Below are positions 9,995-19,682 of a stretch of DNA of 63,315 nucleotides, piece after piece; position 1 is the stretch's first letter, and each line of letters starts with the position of its first letter. The DNA is from Candidatus Bathyarchaeota archaeon. GTDB lineage: Archaea; Thermoproteota; Bathyarchaeia; Bathyarchaeales; Bathycorpusculaceae. Under the pieces are notes generated by a model. That model was given only the letters and a program-made list of their open reading frames with translations, had not been told where the DNA came from and searched no databases. The stretch is from NCBI GenBank assembly GCA_963833575.1, contig CAWHXY010000003.1:1-63315 (forward strand), written 5' to 3'. The translations under genes and the position numbers were made by a program.

Positions 9995-10345
9995 CTACAT
10001 GAATGCTGATTGTAGTTTCATCACGACGTCCAGTGGGCCATCGACTTTTATTGCGCCGCTCATTAGCGCTCCCATGCCATCAATCATCCCACTATATATG
10101 GCGTCTACCGTATCGGTGGTAGTATTGATTGTAGCTTTAGCACCTTTTTTCTGCATTACTTTAAGATATCCTTTATCAACTTTTTCGACTTTGCCGTCCA
10201 TGCCGAATTTCAGAAAATAGACTTCTTCTGCATTGGTGAAATTAATTAGTATGGCTCCGCCCCAGCCTTTTGATCCTTCAGGTTTTGCGTTTACTTTGTC
10301 TGTTAGAGTTTTAATCAGTTCATCCGCTTTTTCTTGAGTCGACAT
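9995..10345 (-). CDS. SCP2 sterol/lipid-carrier domain protein (copy 1)
   Basis: DAIYSGMIDGMGALMSGAIKVDGPLDVVMKL is the SCP2 C-terminal pattern. Confidence 0.88.
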   Translation of the reverse strand: MSTQEKADELIKTLTDKVNAKPEGSKGWGGAILINFTNAEEVYFLKFGMDGKVEKVDKGYLKVMQKKGAKATINTTTDTVDAIYSGMIDGMGALMSGAIKVDGPLDVVMKLQSAFM

Positions 10346-10392
10346 TTTTCTCTACCTCTTTTTTTGGTGATTTATTTCTTTGTTGTTGTTCG

Positions 10393-10423
10393 CTTTTAAG
10401 ATGTGGTTTTCTAGTTTTGTGAC
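10393..10423 (-). promoter_or_regulatory. operator (GTCAC-AAAA-CTAGA) + TATA-like TAAAAG for SCP2 copy 1
   Basis: 11-nt spacing to the TATA element as in the other sites. Confidence 0.6.
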
Positions 10424-10456
10424 AACTATTTTTGTTTTTTAGAAGTTACATTTGTC

Positions 10457-11296
10457 TCAGGTGGGCTTCTCCAGCTGCTGTTCGTGCTTGAGCGTTATTT
10501 CTGAGGGCTCCGAGTTCTTCCATATTTCTTCAAAGAATAGACTAGCCAGAGCAATCAGCGCTTGATTAGTCGTGATTATTGCTTTTTTCATAAACCCCAT
10601 AGAGTCTTTTTCAACTTGCATTAACAGCTCCTTTCTATCTGCCATAAAAAAGCAAGGAAAGTTGTCATCATTTATTTTGGTGTATCTATTCTCAAAATTG
10701 GCCAACATCAATCCAGTTTTCATGAATCTTCTGGTATAATCTCTGTTTATCTTATTATCTTGACCAATAGCTCTGAAAGTGAGGACGCGTTTGAAGGCAC
10801 TTCTGGAGATTCGGTCACTTTTCTCGTAATCCGGAAGAACTCTGGATGCATCGCCGAGTATTATGATGACTTCTTTTTGGGCTTTCTTGATAAGCTGATC
10901 AATCAACGAATAGACAGTATTTCGATTCTCTACAATAACGAATTTATCTATATCAGATGGTGGTTGCTGATGTAAGGCTTCAAATATTGCCAGTAGTGAT
11001 GCTTTGCTTTTTCCGAGCAGCATGGCTTCCTTCCGCTTGGATTCCGCCACCAGATCTACTACTTTGTTAAAAGGTGTTGCAGAAAAATAAGCTGGCCAAC
11101 CAGTTGAAGATTCAATAAAATCCTTATTTTGTAGTTGTCTCAGGTTACGATAGACTTGCACTTTGTTTATTCTTAGAGTTCTCGATATTTCTCTTACCTT
11201 GGAGGGACCTATTTTTGCAAGCAGAATGTATATTCTTGCTTCTTGTTCTGTGAATCCTATTTCAATCAGTTTATCTAGAATCAAATTTTGACTCGA
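10457..11296 (-). CDS. TrmB-family transcriptional regulator (copy 1)
   Basis: GFTEQEARIYILL, INKVQVYRNLRQLQNKDFIE HTH plus effector domain; first canonical start is TTG 11284, the paralog-equivalent start codon at 11296 reads TCG. Confidence 0.9.
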   Translation of the reverse strand, partial: SSQNLILDKLIEIGFTEQEARIYILLAKIGPSKVREISRTLRINKVQVYRNLRQLQNKDFIESSTGWPAYFSATPFNKVVDLVAESKRKEAMLLGKSKASLLAIFEALHQQPPSDIDKFVIVENRNTVYSLIDQLIKKAQKEVIIILGDASRVLPDYEKSDRISRSAFKRVLTFRAIGQDNKINRDYTRRFMKTGLMLANFENRYTKINDDNFPCFFMADRKELLMQVEKDSMGFMKKAIITTNQALIALASLFFEEIWKNSEPSEITLKHEQQLEKPT

Positions 11297-11398
11297 GCTA
11301 GTTCCCCCTTATAGCCTTGCTATTTATGTTACGACGTAAATCGTATATAACTATATTGAACTGCCATAGTTTGGCAGAGGATTATCTGAAGGAGAGTT

Positions 11399-11429
11399 TT
11401 TACTTCTGTAAAATACTACAACCTATAAG
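11399..11429 (+). promoter_or_regulatory. operator TTTAC-TTCT-GTAAA + TATAAG
   Basis: perfect 5-4-5 inverted repeat 11 nt before TATAAG (11424). Confidence 0.72.
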
Positions 11430-11469
11430 GTTTTACTGTTTAACTGGTGCAAATGTCGGAGGTTGACAT

Positions 11470-12183
11470 TTGGAATCAGTTTATAACGCGCTTAAGGAGA
11501 CTCTTAAGGCGCAAAATCCGGACAAGTTTGGAGAATTAACCCAAAAAGCTTTGGATGCTGGCGCCGATCCTTATGATTTGCTCAATAGAATCGTTGGATA
11601 TGCTAAGGAACTCACGCAGAAGAGCTGGTGGGCAGGAGGAACAGAAGGCGTAAGTAATGTTTCCGAAAGCGAAGCCCTACTTTTATCAGATTTGATCGTG
11701 ATTGGCGAATGCCTCATAAAAAGCACAAGCATCTTAAAACCTCTATTGTTAGCAAGTGCAAAGAAGACCGAACTTCCAGGAAAGATAGTTATAGGAACTA
11801 TTGAGGGCGATGTACACGATATCGGAAAAAGCCTAGTTTCAACAATGTATGAATCAGCTGGATATGTAATCAACGATATTGGCTTAGACGTTCCAGCCAA
11901 AACCTTTGCAATTGAAGCAAAAAGATCGAAAGCGGACGTAGTTGGCATCAGCTGTTCTATGTCTATGTGCAAAACATCTATGCCTAAAGTCGTCAAAGAA
12001 TTGCAGAAATTAGGAATTCGAGACAACGTGAAAGTAGTTGCAGGCGGGCAATCAACCTTCGAAACTGACGCACCTACATATGGCTTAGACGGTTGGGGCG
12101 CAGACATGGTTGATGCAGTTAAAAAAACTGATGAACTAATGCGAGTACTTAAAGAAGAGAGACTAAAGAAGGGGGTGAAGTAA
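11470..12183 (+). CDS. corrinoid protein (MtaC/MtbC-like), clade B copy 1
   Basis: cap domain + GTIEGDVHDIGK, ISCSM, VAGGQ; GGAGG Shine-Dalgarno. Confidence 0.93.
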   Translation: MESVYNALKETLKAQNPDKFGELTQKALDAGADPYDLLNRIVGYAKELTQKSWWAGGTEGVSNVSESEALLLSDLIVIGECLIKSTSILKPLLLASAKKTELPGKIVIGTIEGDVHDIGKSLVSTMYESAGYVINDIGLDVPAKTFAIEAKRSKADVVGISCSMSMCKTSMPKVVKELQKLGIRDNVKVVAGGQSTFETDAPTYGLDGWGADMVDAVKKTDELMRVLKEERLKKGVK

Positions 12184-12211
12184 TGAATATAGAATGGAAT
12201 TCTGAAGAAGT
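11521..12211 (+). repeat. about 691-bp segment apparently identical to 16619..17309
   Basis: compared by eye, offset 5098; identical translations; flanks diverge. Confidence 0.85.
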
Positions 12212-13445
12212 CAATCAAGAATACCCCTTGAACTGGAACAAAGGTCCATACGTATATCAATTCTCGCCTACTGAAGAGTTAATGATAGAGAAAGCAAGAG
12301 CCAAATACCTAGAACAGAAAAGCGAAGAACCTATTACTATGAGAGAACGTTTCGCCAAAAACTTTTTCCGAGGCGAAAAAACTGATCGTATGCCAATGCT
12401 CAGCACAGGCACTCACTCATCGATGCCACGAATTTTCGATTCTTTCGCAACTGCACCCTCAACGCTTAGCATGAGAGACATGATTAATCATCCTAACTTA
12501 GACACTATCGGTCAAATGCTTTGGCTAGTGAAATGGGCTCCAATTGCAGACACTATTTTTCCCTATAATTATGGTTTCGGTGAGGAACTGGTTACACGGA
12601 AGTTCAGGTTTATTGAATCTGGTCCGCCATTAGCTGTTGAGCCTTTCGTTAAAACCAAAGAAGACGCTCAATTCTTTATAGAAAACGTACCTGACCCTGC
12701 ATTGCGTGCAGGAACGTGGCCAATCTATTTCTGGGAGACAAAACAACTAAACAAAATACTGCCTGAAGCGCCGATTTGGGGTTCTTGTTGTGGCGGCCCA
12801 GTAACTATGGCTGGCTTTTTGCGAGGCATCAAAGACTTTGTCATGGATATTAGAAACAACATGGAAATGGCACAGCTTTGTCTTAAAGGAACAACCATGC
12901 TGCTTAAGAAGAAAGTTAACAGAATGGCTGAAATCTTGGGGCAACAGATAGATGATACTGGAGAGGGCAACTTTATCTGCTGGTGCGACTCAACGAGCTA
13001 TCTTTCATCTGAAGAGTTTGCCAGAGTCTTTGACATCACTTATGGTGACGTAGTGCCATGGTGCGCAAAGAAAGGCTGGGCTCCAGAAGTTTTTCCTGAA
13101 GGTCCAATCACAGCTCATGCACGCATTGACAAAATTCTCAGTGAAAACTTAGGTGGAGGCATATTGGCTTTCACTGAACACCCAACTATTGAAGAATGGT
13201 ACGGGGAAATACGCAAATACGACAACTTATGGGTACACGATGGTTTTGACAGTACTGCAATGTTGTCCCCAGACTATCAGAATGCAATCAACAAAGACTT
13301 TGAACGCCATAGAAATGTCATCGACAAATATCCTACAAAGGGCCTGAGAACAATGGTAAGTCAGCCAGGCGGAGACGCTACAATACCGCTCCCTGCACTG
13401 GAGTTTGCTGGAAAACTGTTGCTTGAAAAGTTCAAGATGGAGTAA
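12183..13445 (+). CDS. UroD/MtaA-fold corrinoid-dependent methyltransferase, clade B copy 1
   Basis: TAATG-coupled to the corrinoid gene; GSCCGGPVTMAGFLRG, CWCDS. Confidence 0.8.
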   Translation: MNIEWNSEEVNQEYPLNWNKGPYVYQFSPTEELMIEKARAKYLEQKSEEPITMRERFAKNFFRGEKTDRMPMLSTGTHSSMPRIFDSFATAPSTLSMRDMINHPNLDTIGQMLWLVKWAPIADTIFPYNYGFGEELVTRKFRFIESGPPLAVEPFVKTKEDAQFFIENVPDPALRAGTWPIYFWETKQLNKILPEAPIWGSCCGGPVTMAGFLRGIKDFVMDIRNNMEMAQLCLKGTTMLLKKKVNRMAEILGQQIDDTGEGNFICWCDSTSYLSSEEFARVFDITYGDVVPWCAKKGWAPEVFPEGPITAHARIDKILSENLGGGILAFTEHPTIEEWYGEIRKYDNLWVHDGFDSTAMLSPDYQNAINKDFERHRNVIDKYPTKGLRTMVSQPGGDATIPLPALEFAGKLLLEKFKME

Positions 13446-13933
13446 ACCAGAAAAATATTCGTACAATAAGCGCGCTAACCCCTTTCCCTTTTTTATTCTA
13501 AAAAAACAAGACCTGAAAGGTTCTTTGTACATTAATTTGACTGTTCTATGAACCAGAAAAAACAATTGTGATAGGTATTATTTGTTTAGCCATAATAAAC
13601 GTTAGATCAATCAGTCTTTTTGCTTTTTTTTCCTAGAGTTTTATGGCCTGCATCAACTTGAACAAGACCTACATCAACAACTTCTACTACATGCGCGGCA
13701 TACTTACATTGACCGTTACAACGCAACCGCAGCTGTCTTACCCGGTTTGGACCGCTTCTGAGGGCATTGGCAAAGGTCAATAGAAGCAGAAAACCGGCTA
13801 TAAATCAGCCTTTCAGAAGCTCGCTAATAGGAGGATCAAATGATGCTAGTGCGCACGCTTCTTTCTCATAGCTACTTGTATCCTACATATATCACACATA
13901 TTTCATGCAATAATTTCTTAATTGCTTTAGGTT

Positions 13934-13964
13934 GTTACTTTTGAAAATAACCACTCCATATAAG
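13934..13964 (+). promoter_or_regulatory. operator GTTAC-TTTT-GAAAA + TATAAG
   Basis: 11 nt before TATAAG (13959), upstream of the GcvH-like gene. Confidence 0.68.
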
Positions 13965-14016
13965 AGCAAAATGCAATTCACAACCACTAAGAACAATGTA
14001 GAACGAGGTTATACTG

Positions 14017-14478
14017 ATGCCTGTGGAAGAAATTTTCGGTTTCAAGTTTCGACAAGACTTATACTATAATGAGCATGTTTGGCTGAAAAAAGAGGATAAC
14101 GGAAACGTCCGTGTGGGCTTCGATGACATTGTAGCTAGAGGCGCTGTAAAAATTTTCTTGGTAAAGTTGATGCCAACTGGAACGGTTTTAGTTCAGAAAA
14201 AGAAGCTTGGGATACTAGAGTCAATAAAGTATACTGGACCGATTGTTGCACCAGTATCTGGGTCAATAGTTTCCGTAAATGAAGAAGTACGAAAACGCGG
14301 AGCAAACGCCTTTAAAGATGATCCTTATGGAGCAGGGTGGCTATGTGTTATAAAGCCATCTAATCTCGAGGATGAGTTAAAGAACATACTCTTCGGCGAC
14401 GCCGCCTTGGACTGGTTTAAGAAAGAAGCAGAGAAATCAAAAGACGATATAGCAGGTGGAGAATACAAGGGTCTATAA
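14017..14478 (+). CDS. GcvH/LbpA-like lipoyl carrier protein, clade B
   Basis: LESIKYTGPIVAPVSG (lipoyl Lys), DPYGAGW. Confidence 0.92.
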   Translation: MPVEEIFGFKFRQDLYYNEHVWLKKEDNGNVRVGFDDIVARGAVKIFLVKLMPTGTVLVQKKKLGILESIKYTGPIVAPVSGSIVSVNEEVRKRGANAFKDDPYGAGWLCVIKPSNLEDELKNILFGDAALDWFKKEAEKSKDDIAGGEYKGL

Positions 14479-14685
14479 CAAAAGACCCATTTCCGAAAAC
14501 ACTACGGATTGTAACCTTCTATTTTCTTTGGGGAAGCATATGGTTGCAAAAAATCAGTGCATCTTTAATTAAATTGTTTTTTCATATTGAAGAATTATGA
14601 ACTAAAATGAAATGCTTTATCTTAAAAAGCAGAATAAAAAAAGAGGACGCTTGCCTCGAATGCGTCAAGAGCCTTGTCATGGCTT

Positions 14686-14871
14686 CTAAATCAAATATAT
14701 GATTAGTGCTGCTAGGCCGACTATGCCTACGACTATGCTTAGGAGCGAGGTTGCTTTCATGATTTTCATGAAAAGTTGCATTTTTTTTGCGCCGACCTTT
14801 ATTGCAGCAACGCTTGACAAGAGAGTAATAGCGCTAATAGCTAACATTATTGGGGCAAGTTCCGGTAGCAA
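14686..14871 (-). CDS. 61-aa two-TM membrane protein (copy 2)
   Basis: paralog of 9761..9946. Confidence 0.85.
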   Translation of the reverse strand: MLPELAPIMLAISAITLLSSVAAIKVGAKKMQLFMKIMKATSLLSIVVGIVGLAALIIYLI

Positions 14872-14917
14872 ACTTTTTCATCCATCCTTCCATTATAATC
14901 GTTGGTACGTTTGCTTT

Positions 14918-15268
14918 TTACATGAATGCTGGAGCTAGTTTCATCACGACATCTAGTGGACCATCGACTTTTATTGCACCGCTCATCATTGCTCCCATGC
15001 CATCAATCATCCCACTATATATGGCGTCTACCGTATCGGTGGTAGTATTGATTGTAGCTTTAGCACCTTTTTTCTGCATTACTTTAAGATATCCTTTCTC
15101 GACGCTTTCGACTTTGCCGTCCATGCCGAATTTCAGAAAATAGACTTCTTCAGCATTTGTGAAATTAATGATAATACTTCCGCCCCAGCCTTTTGAACCG
15201 TCGGGTTTTGCGCTCACTCTATCTGTCAGAGTTTTTATTAATTCATCAGCTTTTTCTTGAGTTGACAA
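14918..15268 (-). CDS. SCP2 sterol/lipid-carrier domain protein (copy 2)
   Basis: paralog of 9995..10345. Confidence 0.88.
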   Translation of the reverse strand: MSTQEKADELIKTLTDRVSAKPDGSKGWGGSIIINFTNAEEVYFLKFGMDGKVESVEKGYLKVMQKKGAKATINTTTDTVDAIYSGMIDGMGAMMSGAIKVDGPLDVVMKLAPAFM

Positions 15269-15313
15269 TTTTGTCTTTTACTCCTTTTTGTTTTTCTTGT
15301 ATGATCTAATTTG

Positions 15314-15344
15314 GTTTTAAAATGTGGTCAGCTACTTTTGTTAC
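15314..15344 (-). promoter_or_regulatory. operator (GTAAC-AAAA-GTAGC) + TATA-like element for SCP2 copy 2
   Basis: same register as the copy 1 site. Confidence 0.62.
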
Positions 15345-15570
15345 TCCCTAGTAAGGATGTTTGGCCGGAAACGCTTATTTCATATAAAATTGCTCGGTGT
15401 ACAAAGAATTCAATCCGATTTGTTTTCCCATTTTTTATTCAATCCAGAAAATGCTCAAGCGTCAATTGCTGATTAAATGCTGAAGAAAAGTTTACAGACT
15501 GCGAGTAGCTATTAGATTAACGCCTAAAAAAAATCTTAAAGGTGTAGTTCGACTTTTTCATGATTTCTTT

Positions 15571-16389
15571 TTAGAGTGGGCGTTTTGCAATTTCTGAAAT
15601 TTCTGAGTCAATCCATGTTCTTTCAAAGAACAGTCTAACTAGACTGATTAGTGCTTGGTTGTTCGTGATCATTATTTTTTTAATGTATCCGAAAGCGTCT
15701 TTCTCCATTGATAGTATTAGCTCTTTTCCGTCTCTCATGAAAAAGCACGGAAAGTTGTTATTGATTATTTTGCTGTATCTATTCTCAAAATTTCTCAAGA
15801 TCCATCCATCTTTCATGATTCTTCTGGTAGACTCATGATTTTGCTCGTTATCTTTGCCAATGCATCTGTATTTGACTCCTCGTTTGAGGTTAGCTTTTGT
15901 TATGCGATGATTCTCGTCAAAATTCGGTACTGCTTTATATGCATCATCCACCATTACCATGATTTCGTTTTGGGCTTTCTTAAAAAACTGATCGATTAAT
16001 GAATAAATAGTATTAGCATTTTCTATGACTGTAAACTTATCCATTTCATTTGGAGTTAGCTGTTCCATTCTTTCCAGTAGAGATAGCAATGCTCCTTTAT
16101 TGCTTCTTAGCAGCATAGCCTCTGAGCTTTTAGATTCCGCCACAAGATCTATTAGCTTGTCAAAGGGCGTTGCAGAAAAAAGTGCTGGGCACCCAAGCGA
16201 AGATTCGACATAATCTCTGTTCTGAAGGTTTCTCAGGTTACGGTAAACTTGGACTTTGTTTATTTTTAGAGTTCTAGAAATGTCTTTCGCCTTTAGAGTT
16301 CCTGTTTTTGCTAATAATATGTAAATTTGTGCTTCTTGATCAGTAAATCCTAAATCAATTAGTTTTGTCAATATCAGATTCTGGCTCAA
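15571..16389 (-). CDS. TrmB-family transcriptional regulator (copy 2)
   Basis: GFTDQEAQIYILL, INKVQVYRNL HTH; diverged paralog of copy 1. Confidence 0.9.
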   Translation of the reverse strand: MSQNLILTKLIDLGFTDQEAQIYILLAKTGTLKAKDISRTLKINKVQVYRNLRNLQNRDYVESSLGCPALFSATPFDKLIDLVAESKSSEAMLLRSNKGALLSLLERMEQLTPNEMDKFTVIENANTIYSLIDQFFKKAQNEIMVMVDDAYKAVPNFDENHRITKANLKRGVKYRCIGKDNEQNHESTRRIMKDGWILRNFENRYSKIINNNFPCFFMRDGKELILSMEKDAFGYIKKIMITNNQALISLVRLFFERTWIDSEISEIAKRPL

Positions 16390-16495
16390 TCTGATCCCTC
16401 ATCCTCTTATCAAATTAAAGTATATATGATCTTTTGGGTAATCCACAAACATTGTGGAATTAAATTTTTTTGAATAATATATGACATAGAAGGTG

Positions 16496-16526
16496 GTTAC
16501 TTTTGCAACTACCTACAACCTATAAG
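16496..16526 (+). promoter_or_regulatory. operator GTTAC-TTTT-GCAAC + TATAAG
   Basis: near-perfect 5-4-5 palindrome 11 nt before TATAAG (16521). Confidence 0.75.
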
Positions 16527-16567
16527 GTTTTTTTGATTAATTCGGTTCAGACGTCGGAGGTAAACAT

Positions 16568-17281
16568 TTGGAAGCAATATATACAGAGCTAAAAGAAACT
16601 CTTAAGGCACAAGATCCAGACAAGTTTGGAGAATTAACCCAAAAAGCTTTGGATGCTGGCGCCGATCCTTATGATTTGCTCAATAGAATCGTTGGATATG
16701 CTAAGGAACTCACGCAGAAGAGCTGGTGGGCAGGAGGAACAGAAGGCGTAAGTAATGTTTCCGAAAGCGAAGCCCTACTTTTATCAGATTTGATCGTGAT
16801 TGGCGAATGCCTCATAAAAAGCACAAGCATCTTAAAACCTCTATTGTTAGCAAGTGCAAAGAAGACCGAACTTCCAGGAAAGATAGTTATAGGAACTATT
16901 GAGGGCGATGTACACGATATCGGAAAAAGCCTAGTTTCAACAATGTATGAATCAGCTGGATATGTAATCAACGATATTGGCTTAGACGTTCCAGCCAAAA
17001 CCTTTGCAATTGAAGCAAAAAGATCGAAAGCGGACGTAGTTGGCATCAGCTGTTCTATGTCTATGTGCAAAACATCTATGCCTAAAGTCGTCAAAGAATT
17101 GCAGAAATTAGGAATTCGAGACAACGTGAAAGTAGTTGCAGGCGGGCAATCAACCTTCGAAACTGACGCACCTACATATGGCTTAGACGGTTGGGGCGCA
17201 GACATGGTTGATGCAGTTAAAAAAACTGATGAACTAATGCGAGTACTTAAAGAAGAGAGACTAAAGAAGGGGGTGAAGTAA
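16568..17281 (+). CDS. corrinoid protein, clade B copy 2
   Basis: DxHxxG motif; identical to copy 1 except the first 16 aa. Confidence 0.93.
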   Translation: MEAIYTELKETLKAQDPDKFGELTQKALDAGADPYDLLNRIVGYAKELTQKSWWAGGTEGVSNVSESEALLLSDLIVIGECLIKSTSILKPLLLASAKKTELPGKIVIGTIEGDVHDIGKSLVSTMYESAGYVINDIGLDVPAKTFAIEAKRSKADVVGISCSMSMCKTSMPKVVKELQKLGIRDNVKVVAGGQSTFETDAPTYGLDGWGADMVDAVKKTDELMRVLKEERLKKGVK

Positions 17282-18552
17282 TGAATATAGAATGGAATTC
17301 TGAAGAAGTTAACCGTGACTATCCATTGTGGTGGAATAAAGGGCCGTTCAGTTATCAATTCACTTCTACTGAAGAGGTTATGCTGGAAAAGGCAAAGGCA
17401 AAGTGGCTTGACACCAAGAAAGAAGAACAAATGATGCCTCGCCAAAGATGGGCCAAAGCCCTATTCACTGATGAACCACTAGACCGGTTACCCAGTCACT
17501 GCAGTGGGCTGCATCAAACTATGACACGAATATTCGACGGCTTTGCGGATCCACCATCAATACTCTCCACAAAAGATATGATTAATCACCCTAACTTGGA
17601 CGCAATAGGGCAAATGCTGTGGTATGCAAAATTTGCAAGTACTACCGACATGAATTGGCTGTACAACTATGGATTCGGAGAAGAGCTGGTAACAAGAAAA
17701 TTCAGATTCATCGAAAATGGTCCACCACTAGCAGTAGAGCCATTTGTCAAAACCAAAGAAGATGCACTATTCTTCTTAGACAACATTCCTGAGCCTGCAC
17801 TGAGAGCTGGAACTTGGCCAATATACTTCTGGGAAGTTAAAACACTCCTGAAACTGGTGCCAGAGATGCCTATGGTTGCATCTTGTTGTGGCGGTCCCAT
17901 AACTATGGCCGGTTTCCTTAGAGGTATCAAAGATTTCGTTATGGATATTCGAAACAACATGGAGATGGCTGAGTTATGTCTCAAAGGAACAACCGCTCTT
18001 CTGAAAAAGAAGATTGACAAACAAACCGAATTACTTGGGCAACAAATAGATGACACTGGAGAAGGCAACTGGATAACCTGGTGCGATTCAACAAGCTACC
18101 TGTCAGGTGAGGAATTTGCAAAAGTCTTCAACATAACATATAACGATGCCATAAAATACTGTGCAAAGAAAGGATGGCAACCTGAAGTAATCCCTGAAGG
18201 ACCGATGACCGCGCACGTATCAATCGCAAAGTGCCTCAGTGAAAACGGAGGCGGCGGAATGCTGGGCTTCAGTGAACATCCAAACGTCGACGAATGGTAT
18301 GACAACACCCGAAAATACGACAACGTTTGGGCTCACGATGCATTTGACAACGTAGCGATGTTCTCCCCAGACTACCAAAACGCTATACGAAACGACTTTA
18401 CAAGGCACGCAAAACTATTTATGAAATATCCAACTCAAGGACACAGAACCTACGTATCAGTTCCGACAGGAGATCCAACAATACCGCTACCATCAATCGA
18501 ATTCGCAGTCAAGACAATACTTGAAGTCTTCAAATACCCACTTCAAGCCTAA
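17281..18552 (+). CDS. UroD/MtaA-fold corrinoid-dependent methyltransferase, clade B copy 2
   Basis: ASCCGGPITMAGFLRG, TWCDS; diverged paralog of 12183..13445. Confidence 0.8.
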   Translation: MNIEWNSEEVNRDYPLWWNKGPFSYQFTSTEEVMLEKAKAKWLDTKKEEQMMPRQRWAKALFTDEPLDRLPSHCSGLHQTMTRIFDGFADPPSILSTKDMINHPNLDAIGQMLWYAKFASTTDMNWLYNYGFGEELVTRKFRFIENGPPLAVEPFVKTKEDALFFLDNIPEPALRAGTWPIYFWEVKTLLKLVPEMPMVASCCGGPITMAGFLRGIKDFVMDIRNNMEMAELCLKGTTALLKKKIDKQTELLGQQIDDTGEGNWITWCDSTSYLSGEEFAKVFNITYNDAIKYCAKKGWQPEVIPEGPMTAHVSIAKCLSENGGGGMLGFSEHPNVDEWYDNTRKYDNVWAHDAFDNVAMFSPDYQNAIRNDFTRHAKLFMKYPTQGHRTYVSVPTGDPTIPLPSIEFAVKTILEVFKYPLQA

Positions 18553-18564
18553 AAATATCAAGAA

Positions 18565-18593
18565 GCGCGAGTACAATCGCGCCCAAATTTTTT
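18565..18593 (+). terminator. hairpin + T-tract terminator
   Basis: GCGCGA-gtacaa-TCGCGC followed by TTTTTT. Confidence 0.55.
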
Positions 18594-18718
18594 ATCATTC
18601 TCAATGCTTGCACAATAGAATTTGTATTTTCAATGTCACTTCTAGTCAACATTAAGGGTTCTTACAGTGCCTAACCTTCATAAATTCCAAAACGCAAATT
18701 ATTCCTCAGTTTCGGTTT

Positions 18719-18749
18719 GTTATTTTTGTTATTAACTGGAATTTATTAG
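18719..18749 (+). promoter_or_regulatory. degenerate operator GTTAT-TTTT-GTTAT + TATTAG, lipoylation operon
   Basis: same gttt/taac flanks and 11-nt spacing as the other sites. Confidence 0.55.
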
Positions 18750-18857
18750 TTGGGTTCGCGTCCATAAACTCTACGCGCGCTAACCAGGTGTACTTAACAA
18801 CGATTATTATTTGGGCAATGGAGTAATTTAAGAAGGAAAAATAACGAGGAATAATAA

Positions 18858-19682
18858 ACGGTAGAACAATGGAGGCTCATAGATACAGATTTAGTGGATC
18901 CAGTGACTGGAGTTGCTACTGTAGAAGCAGTTGGCATTGCCCGATCAAAGAATCTGGTTCCTAACACAATCATTTTCTGGAGACCGACGACTCCATTTGT
19001 CTGTTTGGGCTATTTTCAACTCGTGAAGGAAGAGGTTTACGCAGACATATGCGAGAAATTGGGCGTAGGCATTGTTCGCCGAATCCTTGGTGGCGGAACA
19101 GGATACGTGGACAAAAATCAACTTCTATACGACATTGTTATCGGCACTGACCACCCTATTGCGCCAATTTCATCAAATATTCAAAGAATGTATATTTATG
19201 CTCTCCGTGGAGTCTTGCAGGGTCTACGAGACCTTGGTTTCAACGACGTTACTCTAGTGTCGGACTACAATAACGCAATTTGGATTAACGGCAAGAAAGT
19301 ATCCGGAAATTCCTCTACTGGTCTAACCGGAGCTCAAATCGTAGGTGGCAGTTTACTCGTCGACTTTGACTTTGAAACAATGTCAAAAGTTTTTAGGAAT
19401 CCATTCAAGAATTTGAAGCCCGGAATAAATTCAATCGAAGAAGGTCTGACCTGCGTCAATAGAGAACTATCGAGAAGAATCGAACTGCCTGAAGTCAAGA
19501 AAACAATAAAGTCAGGCTTCGAAAAAGTGCTGAACACCGAAATAAGATGTGAAAACCTCACCAGAAAGGAAACTGAATTAATCGAAAGTCTAGAACCGAA
19601 GTTCGCATCAAAAGAATGGACCTATAACATGGACATCAAGACCGGCAAACTCATGCCCTATGACAATATAGATGGTGCGTAA
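18858..19682 (+). CDS. lplA: lipoate-protein ligase/octanoyltransferase, catalytic domain only
   Basis: WRLIDT, LGYFQ..EV, VRRILGGGTGY, NGKKVSG; the conserved N-terminus implies a start at ACG 18858 (first canonical start GTG 18894). Confidence 0.88.
   Translation, partial: TVEQWRLIDTDLVDPVTGVATVEAVGIARSKNLVPNTIIFWRPTTPFVCLGYFQLVKEEVYADICEKLGVGIVRRILGGGTGYVDKNQLLYDIVIGTDHPIAPISSNIQRMYIYALRGVLQGLRDLGFNDVTLVSDYNNAIWINGKKVSGNSSTGLTGAQIVGGSLLVDFDFETMSKVFRNPFKNLKPGINSIEEGLTCVNRELSRRIELPEVKKTIKSGFEKVLNTEIRCENLTRKETELIESLEPKFASKEWTYNMDIKTGKLMPYDNIDGA

Noticed and set aside
11571-12260. Long antisense ORFs (also 3037..3774, 16669..17445, 54340..54927 and many shorter ones)
   Set aside because: They are shadows of well-supported genes on the opposite strand, with no motifs of their own.
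13660-13850. Coding-like fragment between the MT and the carrier gene
   Set aside because: Short, interrupted by a stop, and not assignable to any family I recognise.
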